40,981 nt of DNA from Escherichia phage J8-65. The translations under genes were made by a program, and so were the position numbers. Where the stretch lies: the sequence record NC_025445.1, one strand, 5' to 3'. Under the pieces are notes generated by a model. The model was given only the letters and a program-made list of their open reading frames with translations. It was not told where the DNA came from and made no database searches. Shown here in pieces: positions 16,336-24,971 of this stretch (within the stretch, counting starts at the first letter, position 1; every line of letters begins with the position of its first letter).

Positions 16336-16924
16336 GAAAGGTCAGAAGTTCTGTCTGGATATCAACCGCGAGTATCACGACAAGCTGCTCAATGAGCTGC
16401 GAGATAACGGTGCCATCCTGACATATGACGAGCCGTATGATGTACCCAACGACAGCAGGGATTATTACACCTGCGTCTACAACGGTAAGAAGATACTGCT
16501 GATACTGGAACCTTACGAGGTACAGGAAGTCGAGACGGCGTTCATCCCGGTTGACCCGTACGACCCTGCGCATGATGTTGAGGTGGCCGTGGCCAATAGC
16601 TCCGGGCCGGGCGGTATGAAGTATGATGGTGGCAAGCCACGCATGGCTCTGCTGTTCGATGGGTGCCCGAACGCACTGGCCGCTGTCGGCGAGGTGCTGA
16701 CGTTTGGCGCTCAGAAGTACGCTGCCCACTCGTGGCAGACTGTGCCGGAAGGTCAGGAGCGCTACAAGTCTGCGCTCATACGCCACCTACTGGCCGTGGG
16801 TAATGGTGAGGAACTGGATAGTGAATCTGGTCTGCACCATCTGGCCCATGCAGCGTGCAATGCGCTGTTCATTCTGGAACTGGAACTGAGGAAACGTAAT
16901 GAGTCGTTATCAAAAAGTGCTTGA
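16328..16924 (+). CDS. hypothetical protein, possible MazG-like all-alpha NTP pyrophosphohydrolase domain (198 aa)
   Basis: GGAGG RBS; C-terminal VGEVL...EELDSESGLHHLAHAACNALFILELE resembles MazG EExxE/D pattern; weak. Confidence 0.5.
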   Translation: MGKKGQKFCLDINREYHDKLLNELRDNGAILTYDEPYDVPNDSRDYYTCVYNGKKILLILEPYEVQEVETAFIPVDPYDPAHDVEVAVANSSGPGGMKYDGGKPRMALLFDGCPNALAAVGEVLTFGAQKYAAHSWQTVPEGQERYKSALIRHLLAVGNGEELDSESGLHHLAHAACNALFILELELRKRNESLSKSA

Positions 16925-17165
16925 TGATACAGTGGTTGATGGTAAAGTGTGCGGTGCCTGTCACGGCAGCGGCACCTTCCACAGTATGCTGATGAACAAA
17001 GAGATTGTGCTGTGCGAGTGTGAAGCCTGCGGCGGTACGGGTACGAGTGACCCGGTATTACAGCGGCAGGTGCTGTGTGAGTTGGGGCTGCGCAGTCAGG
17101 TACAGCCGGGCTACTCTGAACCTACGTTCATTGATGTGCCGAATAACAAAGACGATTACGAGTAA
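16899..17165 (+). CDS. small zinc-finger protein with CxxCxGxG repeats (88 aa)
   Basis: CGACHGSG and CEACGGTG DnaJ-like zinc-binding repeats. Confidence 0.55.
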   Translation: MSRYQKVLDDTVVDGKVCGACHGSGTFHSMLMNKEIVLCECEACGGTGTSDPVLQRQVLCELGLRSQVQPGYSEPTFIDVPNNKDDYE

Positions 17166-17174
17166 GGGGATGTG

Positions 17175-19604
17175 ATGGATTTGCTGGCAGAACAGATTCG
17201 ACTGGAAGAAGAGGCGCGTGCCCGTCACCGGGCAGGCTGGTTAGATAACGTACGAGATGCGATAGACTCAGGCCGCGCCTCGGCGGTGCCACTGTTGCAG
17301 CGAGCGATGGTTGAGGCATACCCCACTGTCGAAGCTGCAATGCTGGATATCCTGAACGAAACTACTCGTGGGTTCGGTGCGCAGTACCGCACGTATCTTC
17401 GTGAAGTTGGGGCCAAGACCTGTGCGTCTCTGGCCCTGAGCATGGCGGTGTCCGGCGCGACCGGGCGTACCGCCGTGACTCAACTGCTCCGCGAGATGGG
17501 GCAGGCAATGATGGCTGAGGTAGTCTATGCGAGAGCTGAGAAGGCTGGCAAGCGCGAGGCTGCGTACATGGAGAAGGTTCGCCGTGACGTGAACAAGTCC
17601 AAGTCCAAGTCGCCGAACCACATCTACAACAAGGCACGCGCTGCCTCAGCCAACGTTGGTGTCGAAACTGAAATCCTGCCACAGCGTGCGCTCATCACAA
17701 TCGGCAAGTTGATGATGCGTGCTGTCGAACCGACTGGTCTGGTCAAGACTGTCCGAGTCGGCGGTAGCTTGAAGAACCGGGCGACGGCGCACTTCGCTCT
17801 GCATGACGATGTGCTCATCATGCTTGAGGATTGGATGAAGCTGCCACACCTCGGCATCAACTGTTACCCACCGCTGATTGTGCCGCCAGCTCAAATCAAT
17901 GCGAATGGCTTCGGCGGTATGTGGCACTCTCCGGGGCAGGCAGCGACGTATGTGGCAATCAGCAAGCTCAAGCACCCGGCGTACCGTAAGTTAGGTATTG
18001 ACCCACTGCCAGTGATTGAGCCGTGCATGATGCTGTCGAGCGTTCCGTTCCGCGTGAACAAGATGGTGCTGGAGTTCCTGCAAGCCAACCGAACCGGGGT
18101 GATGGGGTTGCCTGTTGCGCCAGTAGAACCGAAGCTGCCGTTCACTATCCCGGAGGGCGTAACGTTCAGCCAGTACATCAGCAAGTTCCCGGCTGAGATG
18201 CAGCAGCGTATGGATGCTGAGGCACACGAGTTCAAGGTCAAGACTCGCATCTACCACAATGACATGAAGAAGTTCACCACGCAGATTCAGGCACTGAGCA
18301 GTGCGCTGCGCGAGGCTGAGCAGTACAAAGTGTACGAGCGAATCTACCTGCCGACGTACGCCGACACCCGTGGCCGTTGCTACTATGCCTCAGCCCTGAA
18401 CCCGCAAGGCATTGACGCAATTCGTGCTTTGCTTGAACTGGCCGACCCGGTGCCGTTGGGTAAGGAGGGTCTGTTCTGGTTGAAGGTTCATGTGGCCAAC
18501 TGCTTCGGCTATGACGCTACAGACTTTGAAGACAGGGCAGCGTGGACTGATAAGACAATGCCGCGACTGCGCGAGGCTTGCCGTCTGCCGGAGGCATACG
18601 ACTCGTTCTGGTCTGAGGCTGACAGCCCACTGTGTGCATGGGCGGCTGCGGTAGAGCTGGTGCGTGCGCTGGATAGCGGGAACCCGGAAGAGTATCCGTG
18701 CCGCGTGGTGACGCAATGGGATGCAACATGCTCAGGTCTGCAACATCTCTCCGCAATGCTGCGCGACGAGGTGGGTGGTGCTGCGGTCAACCTGATTGAT
18801 TCCGTAGGACGTAAGGCAGACATCTACGTTAAGACCGCTACAGCGGCTCTGGAGGCGTTAAAGGAAGCAGAGGCAACCAACCCTACGGTCTTGGGTTCGT
18901 GGCTCGTACAGACGGGCATAGAGCGCGGCATGGCCAAGAAGCCTGTGATGACTTATGTGTACGGTGCGACACGCCACGGCATGGTGGATTACTATGCTCT
19001 GTATTTGCGAGAGCACAACACTCCGCTGCCGGAAGGGTACACCCTGTTCCAGTGTGCAATGTACATCGCCGGGTTCATGTGGGATGCAATTCCTCGCGTG
19101 GTGCCGAAGGCTGCTGAGCTGATGGCGTGGCTGCAAGCTATCGCATCGGAGGCAGCGGCTAACGGGGAGTACGTGGAGTTCACTGCTCCGTCTGGTCTGC
19201 GCATGGTGAACATGTATCAGGCTCACAAAGAAACCACTATGGGTATCAAGCTGATGGGTGTTCATGCCATCAAGCTGCGCGAGTACATCGACAAGCCAGA
19301 CGGTCGCAAATGTGCGGCTGCGATTGCTCCGAATTTTGTACACGCGATGGATGCCAGCCACATGATGAAAGTTCTGTGGGAGATGTGGAATAACGGGATT
19401 TACATGGTGTCTATCCATGATTCATTCGGTGTTGCAGCGGCTCATGCAGGTCTACTGCACAAAGTCATCCGTGAAAAGTTCGTGCAGATGTACGAGGAAC
19501 ATGACCCGATTCAACAACTTGCTGTGAGATATTCTAAGGAAGCTCCGGCGCGGGGTCAGTTGGATATCAACGAGGTCAAGAAATCCTCCAAATTCTTCTG
19601 CTAA
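17175..19604 (+). CDS. single-subunit DNA-directed RNA polymerase, T7-like (809 aa)
   Basis: ATG 17175 after AAGGGGA; WDATCSGLQHLSAM, KKPVMTYVYGAT and SIHDSFG match T7 RNAP motifs A, B, C. Confidence 0.92.
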   Translation: MDLLAEQIRLEEEARARHRAGWLDNVRDAIDSGRASAVPLLQRAMVEAYPTVEAAMLDILNETTRGFGAQYRTYLREVGAKTCASLALSMAVSGATGRTAVTQLLREMGQAMMAEVVYARAEKAGKREAAYMEKVRRDVNKSKSKSPNHIYNKARAASANVGVETEILPQRALITIGKLMMRAVEPTGLVKTVRVGGSLKNRATAHFALHDDVLIMLEDWMKLPHLGINCYPPLIVPPAQINANGFGGMWHSPGQAATYVAISKLKHPAYRKLGIDPLPVIEPCMMLSSVPFRVNKMVLEFLQANRTGVMGLPVAPVEPKLPFTIPEGVTFSQYISKFPAEMQQRMDAEAHEFKVKTRIYHNDMKKFTTQIQALSSALREAEQYKVYERIYLPTYADTRGRCYYASALNPQGIDAIRALLELADPVPLGKEGLFWLKVHVANCFGYDATDFEDRAAWTDKTMPRLREACRLPEAYDSFWSEADSPLCAWAAAVELVRALDSGNPEEYPCRVVTQWDATCSGLQHLSAMLRDEVGGAAVNLIDSVGRKADIYVKTATAALEALKEAEATNPTVLGSWLVQTGIERGMAKKPVMTYVYGATRHGMVDYYALYLREHNTPLPEGYTLFQCAMYIAGFMWDAIPRVVPKAAELMAWLQAIASEAAANGEYVEFTAPSGLRMVNMYQAHKETTMGIKLMGVHAIKLREYIDKPDGRKCAAAIAPNFVHAMDASHMMKVLWEMWNNGIYMVSIHDSFGVAAAHAGLLHKVIREKFVQMYEEHDPIQQLAVRYSKEAPARGQLDINEVKKSSKFFC

Positions 19605-19687
19605 TTTAGTCTTATATTTCTTGCACTTAATGAAAGTAACTGTTCTGGTATACCCAGATTACTCTCGTAGTGCATTGGAGATTCTCT

Positions 19688-19870
19688 ATGAAAGACTCAC
19701 CATTAGACAGAGTGACGTTCAACAAAGGACAACTAGCTCTCTTAGAGAAAGCATTCGGTACATGGGAGAAGGTAGGGAAGACCATCACCCATGAATCAGA
19801 TATCTCACTACTGAATAGAGAAGCAGGTAAACAGGACGTGTTGGACTTCATCCGTGAAAGGACTGTGTAA
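19688..19870 (+). CDS. hypothetical protein (60 aa) in low-GC island
   Basis: ATG 19688 with GGAG RBS; atypical low-GC codon usage. Confidence 0.5.
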   Translation: MKDSPLDRVTFNKGQLALLEKAFGTWEKVGKTITHESDISLLNREAGKQDVLDFIRERTV

Positions 19871-20289
19871 TGAAAGTATCTGTAGTGGACAACATACATC
19901 ACACCACGATGCCAATCGACATTCGGATTGCTGTAGCCAAAGGTATACAGGAAGAACGCCAATGGTCTGATTTACCGTGGGATGTGATAGTAGACGCCAT
20001 GTATGATGCCACCGCCAACGGATGCACTGATGTGTATGTCCACGATTCTGACGGTGCTCTCATGGGCTGTGCTCATCTCGGTGAGCTGTTCGATATTCAT
20101 GTGGGGCCGTGTGCCGTTGTAATGGCTATGTATGTATGGCCCCAGTATCGCAACCGGGGAGTGACCCGTCTCATCCTCCGCGAACTCAAACGCGCTGCCC
20201 GGCAAGCTGGGTTGCGCTGGTGCGGTTACTCCCACATGGTACGTCCTTATGTTCAGGAATACCGATTCATTGATTTGGAGAAACCGTAA
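19870..20289 (+). CDS. hypothetical protein, possible GNAT-like fold (139 aa)
   Basis: VVMAMYVWPQYRNRGVTRLILREL resembles GNAT motif A region; low-GC. Confidence 0.45.
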   Translation: MKVSVVDNIHHTTMPIDIRIAVAKGIQEERQWSDLPWDVIVDAMYDATANGCTDVYVHDSDGALMGCAHLGELFDIHVGPCAVVMAMYVWPQYRNRGVTRLILRELKRAARQAGLRWCGYSHMVRPYVQEYRFIDLEKP

Positions 20290-20549
20290 TGGGTAGCGTA
20301 GGCAAAGTTTTCAAAGGCATTGGCTCTGTCTTCGGACTGGGTAGCCAAACCCCGAAGTACACCATCAAGACCGACCCGAATCAGGTTCGTGCGGAGACGA
20401 TGAACGCGAACCTGCAAGCAGATTTGTCGAACGATAACACCCCAACGATTCAGTCCGGTGGTCAGGTTAGTTCTGCCTCCGATACTCTGTCGGGCCGACG
20501 CCGCCGCACCGGAACGGGTGTAGCAAGCAACCTCGGCATTGGGAGTTAA
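20289..20549 (+). CDS. small virion protein, T7 gp6.7-like (86 aa)
   Basis: Gly/Ser-rich with basic RRRR patch, directly upstream of portal as in T7. Confidence 0.5.
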   Translation: MGSVGKVFKGIGSVFGLGSQTPKYTIKTDPNQVRAETMNANLQADLSNDNTPTIQSGGQVSSASDTLSGRRRRTGTGVASNLGIGS

Positions 20550-20552
20550 CGT

Positions 20553-22115
20553 ATGACCCAAGACGCGCAGAACGTCAGCTATGAGTCTCTGTGGCAGAAA
20601 TACCGGGACAGCAACGTTGTGACGAAGGCTCGTGAGTACAGCCGCTATACACTGGCTAAGCTGGTGAGCGAGTATGACCTGGCTGACACGGACGATATGA
20701 ACCGCCAGCAGATTACTCGTGACTATCAATCTGTCGGCGCTCTGCTCGTCAACAACCTCGTTGCTCGATTGGGCGAGTTCCTGTTCCCGGCTTCCGCTCG
20801 TTTCGTGAAGCTGAAACTTAACAAGGTGTCTGAGCAGCAGCGGCAGCAACTGTCGCAAGTCAATCAGGCACTCATCACTATTGAGAAAGCCATCGTTGAC
20901 AAAGCCAAAGAAAACGGTGGTTATGCCGACCTGCTCCAATGTATTGCCCAGCAAGCCGTGACTGGTAACGCCGCGCTGTACCGCGATATGGAAACTGGAA
21001 CGTACCGTGTGTACGGTCTGGAATCCTTCGTGGTGCAGCGCGACGGTCGTGGCGTTGTAACGGACGCAATCGTCAAGGAACGCATCCAGTGGGATGCGTT
21101 GCCTATGGAGTTCCAGAAGCAGCTCGAAGCTAAGGGCTTCCGTTGCAGCGGTAACAAACGCATTTGGCTGTACACCCGCGTCAAGCGTGTGCCGCGCCAG
21201 AACAACTTTGGCTATGAAGTGACGCAGCAGGTGGGCAACTACCAAGGCTGCGTTTATACCCCCGGTAAGGATTACTACCCTGAAAAAGTCTGCCCTTGGA
21301 TTTTCCCAGTGTGGTCTTTGAAGTCTGGCGAGCATTATGGTCGCGGGATTGTCGAAGACCACGCTGGGGATTTCGCACGTCTGTCGATGCTGAGTGAGCA
21401 CAGCGCCCTGTACATGCAAGAAGCCTTGCGCGTGCTGTGGAAGCTGACTGGCTCAGGCGGCAACGCTGACGATATCGAATCCGCAGAGACTGGTCAGGTG
21501 GTTCCGCTACAGTCCGGCACCCAACTTGAGGGGCTGGAGGTCGGGGATTACCAGAAAGTCCAACAGGCTCGTGACGAGATTAACCAGATTGTGCAGCGAC
21601 TCGCGCAGGCGTTCATGTACACTGGTGAGTTCCGTGATTCTGAACGTACCACCGCAACCGAAGTGCAGCAGGTAGCAACCAGCGCCGAACGCGGGTTGGG
21701 TGGCCCGTACTCCATGCAGGCTAAGACCCTCCAGATTCCGCTGGCGTACGTCTTGCTCGCGGAGATTGACGAGTCCACCGTACCCGATATCGTTGGCAAC
21801 ATCCTATCCCTTCAAGTCGAAGCAGGTCTGGATGCCCTCGGTCGCAGTATCGAAGCAGAGACGCTCATTCGTGCGCTCTCAGATTCGCAGGCAGCAATGG
21901 TTGCTGTCCAGAACATCAACGGCGTTGCTAACACCATCGACCCACATAAAGTCCTTGAGGTTATCTTCGCTTCCAACGGCGTCGCGCTGGATGACTATCG
22001 CAAGTCACCACAAGACTTGGCCAATGAAGGCCGTGCCATCGACAATGCAGCAGCCGCTGCCGCAGGCGTACAGCCGGGCGCAGTCGATGTAGCGCCGAAC
22101 GTCGCACAGATTTAA
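20553..22115 (+). CDS. portal (head-tail connector) protein (520 aa)
   Basis: size and position (portal-scaffold-capsid order) as T7 gp8. Confidence 0.8.
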   Translation: MTQDAQNVSYESLWQKYRDSNVVTKAREYSRYTLAKLVSEYDLADTDDMNRQQITRDYQSVGALLVNNLVARLGEFLFPASARFVKLKLNKVSEQQRQQLSQVNQALITIEKAIVDKAKENGGYADLLQCIAQQAVTGNAALYRDMETGTYRVYGLESFVVQRDGRGVVTDAIVKERIQWDALPMEFQKQLEAKGFRCSGNKRIWLYTRVKRVPRQNNFGYEVTQQVGNYQGCVYTPGKDYYPEKVCPWIFPVWSLKSGEHYGRGIVEDHAGDFARLSMLSEHSALYMQEALRVLWKLTGSGGNADDIESAETGQVVPLQSGTQLEGLEVGDYQKVQQARDEINQIVQRLAQAFMYTGEFRDSERTTATEVQQVATSAERGLGGPYSMQAKTLQIPLAYVLLAEIDESTVPDIVGNILSLQVEAGLDALGRSIEAETLIRALSDSQAAMVAVQNINGVANTIDPHKVLEVIFASNGVALDDYRKSPQDLANEGRAIDNAAAAAAGVQPGAVDVAPNVAQI

Positions 22116-22125
22116 TGGAGATTAC

Positions 22126-23346
22126 ATGTCAGGTGAATACCAACCTACTGCCGCACCCGCTCCCCAAAACGTACCCGCTGGCCCGACCTATGCTCCCTCT
22201 GGTCACAGCGGTAATGATTATGGTGGAAGCCCACAGGTGGTACAGAACCCAGCGCTTGGTCGCTTAGGTACGCCGATTGAACTGCCTCGCGGCGGCGCAA
22301 CTCCGCAGCCTCAGCAGCCTTTCGCGCAGCCGGGCCTGATTCCAAATCAGGAGTACAACCCGTATGCCAACCAGTCGCAGGGAAATCCAAGCCCTTACGC
22401 ACCCGTACCTCAGCAGAACCCGTATGGTTCTCCGCAACCGCAGTCGCCGTACGCGGCACCACCTATTCCGATTAATGGGTATCCGCAACAGGGCTACACG
22501 CCTCCGGGCCAAGCGGCTCCGGCTCAGCAGTTCCAGCAGCCTGTAGCACCGCAGCCATATGCTTTCGACCCGTACGGTCGTCAGCCGGGCCAGCCACAGC
22601 AGCAGCCTCAGCAGCCGCAGCAGCAGACTCAACCTTTCCAGCAGTTGCAGCCGCAACAGCAGCCGCCTGTCCAGAACCAGCAGCTCACTGCTGACAAGCT
22701 GGCCAAGCAGGAAGGAGGTCTAACCCCGGAGCAGGTTGCACAGATTTTCCCTGACCAAACCAGTCAGGCAGTATTCCAAGGCATGGACACCATCGCCCGT
22801 GGCCAGAACATCGACCTGCTTGCAGCGTTCGGTCAGGCTTACGAGCGACGCGACCCGACCTTGGTGAACGACCGTTACCTTGCGCAGTTCGACCCGCAGA
22901 CCGTGGCTATCCTGAAAGGACAGTTCGGTGCGCTGGTAGCCGCAGGGCAGCAGCGCGATGCGCAGATTGAGCAGCAGGTGTACCAGATGGCTGGTGGCGA
23001 GCAACGTTGGAACCTCGCAGTACAGGCATTCAACACCGCAGCAGACCCTGCAACAGTCGATGCTGTCGTAGCAGCAGTGAACTCAGGCGACCCGAATCAG
23101 GTACGTCTGGCAGTGAACACCATCCTCCAGTTCACTGGTGCCCAAGGCAATATGATTCAACGTAGTGGTCAGAGTTTGACGCCCAATGGTGGCGGCCAAG
23201 CACCTCAAGAGGTGATGACCAATGAGGCTTTCCGTCAGCATCTTGGCTGGCTTGAGCAGGCGCACCCGGTTGGTTCCCCGGAATACAACCGTCACTATCA
23301 AGAGCTGGTAGAGAAGCGTCGTCAAGCCAAGGCTATGGGCTACTAA
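22126..23346 (+). CDS. scaffolding protein with P/Q-rich low-complexity N-terminal half (406 aa)
   Basis: position between portal and capsid; N-terminal ~190 aa Pro/Gln/Tyr-rich. Confidence 0.65.
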   Translation: MSGEYQPTAAPAPQNVPAGPTYAPSGHSGNDYGGSPQVVQNPALGRLGTPIELPRGGATPQPQQPFAQPGLIPNQEYNPYANQSQGNPSPYAPVPQQNPYGSPQPQSPYAAPPIPINGYPQQGYTPPGQAAPAQQFQQPVAPQPYAFDPYGRQPGQPQQQPQQPQQQTQPFQQLQPQQQPPVQNQQLTADKLAKQEGGLTPEQVAQIFPDQTSQAVFQGMDTIARGQNIDLLAAFGQAYERRDPTLVNDRYLAQFDPQTVAILKGQFGALVAAGQQRDAQIEQQVYQMAGGEQRWNLAVQAFNTAADPATVDAVVAAVNSGDPNQVRLAVNTILQFTGAQGNMIQRSGQSLTPNGGGQAPQEVMTNEAFRQHLGWLEQAHPVGSPEYNRHYQELVEKRRQAKAMGY

Positions 23347-23369
23347 TTTCTTTCTAAGGATTTTCGTAT

Positions 23370-24362
23370 ATGGCAGCTAACTCCTATACCCCGAACCAGT
23401 TCCGTCCACACTGGGGTGGCGCGAACTCTGACAACGACATTCACCTTGAGGTGTATGACCGTGACGTGCAGACCCAGTTCATTTACAACTCCATCTTCCG
23501 TTCCGGTCTGACCAACTTCAAGTCTGTGGCTAACCAGTCCAACACTTGGCGTGGCGACCGCCTCGGCAGCGTGACCGTGAAAGGTCGTAAATCTGGTGAG
23601 TCTCTGGTGAACCAGCCAGTTCGCTCTGAGAAGCTGATTGTCACCGTGGATACCGTGTCTTACATTCGTATCCCGATTGACTATCAGGACGACTGGACTG
23701 CGCCGGACTTCCGTGCTGAGCTGACCCGTAACATGGGTACTTCTCAGGCGAAGGCGTTCGACCAAGCGCACGTAATTCAGCTCCAGAAGTGTGCTGACTT
23801 CGTGCCTCCGACTTCTCTGGCTGGCGCATTCAACGCTGGTATCAAAGAGAAGATTACGCTGACTGGCACCGTCGCTTCTGAGGAAGACGACGCAAGCGCA
23901 ATCGTGCATGGCCACAAGAAAGTTATCGAAGCGTTCATTCGCCGCGATGCCGACCTTGGCCGTCTGGTTACGCTGATTGACCCGGCGTGGTTCAGCATCC
24001 TGCTGGAGCACAAGAAACTGATGAACGTTGAGTTCACTGGTGGCCGTGGTGTGAACGACTTCGCAATGCGCCGCGTTGCGTACGTCAACGGTATTCGCCT
24101 GATTGAGAGCAATGCTTTCCCGCAGGCTGCAATCACCGACCACATCCTCGGTGCTGACTTCAACGTCACCGCCGACGAAATCAAGCGCAAGCTGATTGTG
24201 TTCGACCCGTCTCTGGCTCTCGTTACCGTCGAAGCCCAACCGCTGTTCAACCGCGTGTGGGATGACGAGAAAGAGATGACCAACGTTCTGGATAGCTTCC
24301 ACATGTACACCGTGGGTCAGAAGCGTCCTGACGTGGTGGGTGTCGTAACCACCGAAGCCTAA
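23370..24362 (+). CDS. major capsid protein (330 aa)
   Basis: size and position as T7 gp10; followed by a terminator-like hairpin. Confidence 0.85.
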   Translation: MAANSYTPNQFRPHWGGANSDNDIHLEVYDRDVQTQFIYNSIFRSGLTNFKSVANQSNTWRGDRLGSVTVKGRKSGESLVNQPVRSEKLIVTVDTVSYIRIPIDYQDDWTAPDFRAELTRNMGTSQAKAFDQAHVIQLQKCADFVPPTSLAGAFNAGIKEKITLTGTVASEEDDASAIVHGHKKVIEAFIRRDADLGRLVTLIDPAWFSILLEHKKLMNVEFTGGRGVNDFAMRRVAYVNGIRLIESNAFPQAAITDHILGADFNVTADEIKRKLIVFDPSLALVTVEAQPLFNRVWDDEKEMTNVLDSFHMYTVGQKRPDVVGVVTTEA

Positions 24363-24372
24363 TGGCAAACTC

Positions 24373-24410
24373 GAAGCCCTTCTCTGAGGGGCTTCTATGA
24401 TTGTCGTTAC
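24373..24410 (+). terminator. stem-loop after capsid gene (T-phi-like candidate terminator)
   Basis: GAAGCCC-ttctctgag-GGGCTTC 7-bp GC-rich stem (24373-24395) followed by U-rich tatgattgtcgtt. Confidence 0.5.
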
Positions 24411-24422
24411 AGGAGACTTATC

Positions 24423-24971
24423 GTGACTCTACTCGAAGCAGTAAACATTGTTCTTCGGGCATTGTCTGAGCACACCGTATCCTCGACTGAGATTCGAAAC
24501 CCGTCCGTCACTCTTGCCCTCGACAAGATTGCCATCGCACAGGAAGAGGTTCTCACTGACGGTTGGTGGTTCAACAACATCCGAATCACCATTCCACGCG
24601 AGTCGGATGGTCGAGTCAAATACCCCGCAGACGCACTGAGCTTCATCCCGGATGGGTTTGAGTGTATCGTGCGAGGCGGGTATCTTTACAACGCCCAATC
24701 CCAAACCTTTGTTTTTACTGAGGATGTTCCGGGATTGGTTACTTATGACCTTGAGTGGGATGACCTTCCAAGTCCAGTCCAGCGACTGGTTGCGTATCAG
24801 GCAGCCATCTCTGCGTATGCTGATGATATGGGAGACAATCCTCCGGTGTCGGTTACTGGCGGCTATGCGAACGCATTGCAACAGTGCCAGTCTATCCACA
24901 CCCGTCAACGTCGATTCAATGCTCGCCAGCGTCAGAGCTGGTGGCGATATGAGAGTGCTCGGAGAGGATAA
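24423..24971 (+). CDS. tail tubular protein A (182 aa)
   Basis: GTG start 7 nt after AGGAG; N-terminus parallels T7 gp11; position. Confidence 0.75.
   Translation: MTLLEAVNIVLRALSEHTVSSTEIRNPSVTLALDKIAIAQEEVLTDGWWFNNIRITIPRESDGRVKYPADALSFIPDGFECIVRGGYLYNAQSQTFVFTEDVPGLVTYDLEWDDLPSPVQRLVAYQAAISAYADDMGDNPPVSVTGGYANALQQCQSIHTRQRRFNARQRQSWWRYESARRG

Noticed and set aside
20253-21419. 388-aa minus-strand ORF
   Set aside because: Antisense to the portal gene; same antisense-frame artefact.
24300-24362. Possible programmed -1 frameshift at the capsid 3' end (T7 10A/10B-like)
   Set aside because: No slippery heptamer (X XXY YYZ) was seen in the last ~60 nt, and the downstream frame hits a stop almost immediately.
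23343-24368. 341-aa minus-strand ORF spanning the capsid locus
   Set aside because: Exactly antisense to the major capsid gene, which has RBS, synteny and a terminator supporting the + strand.
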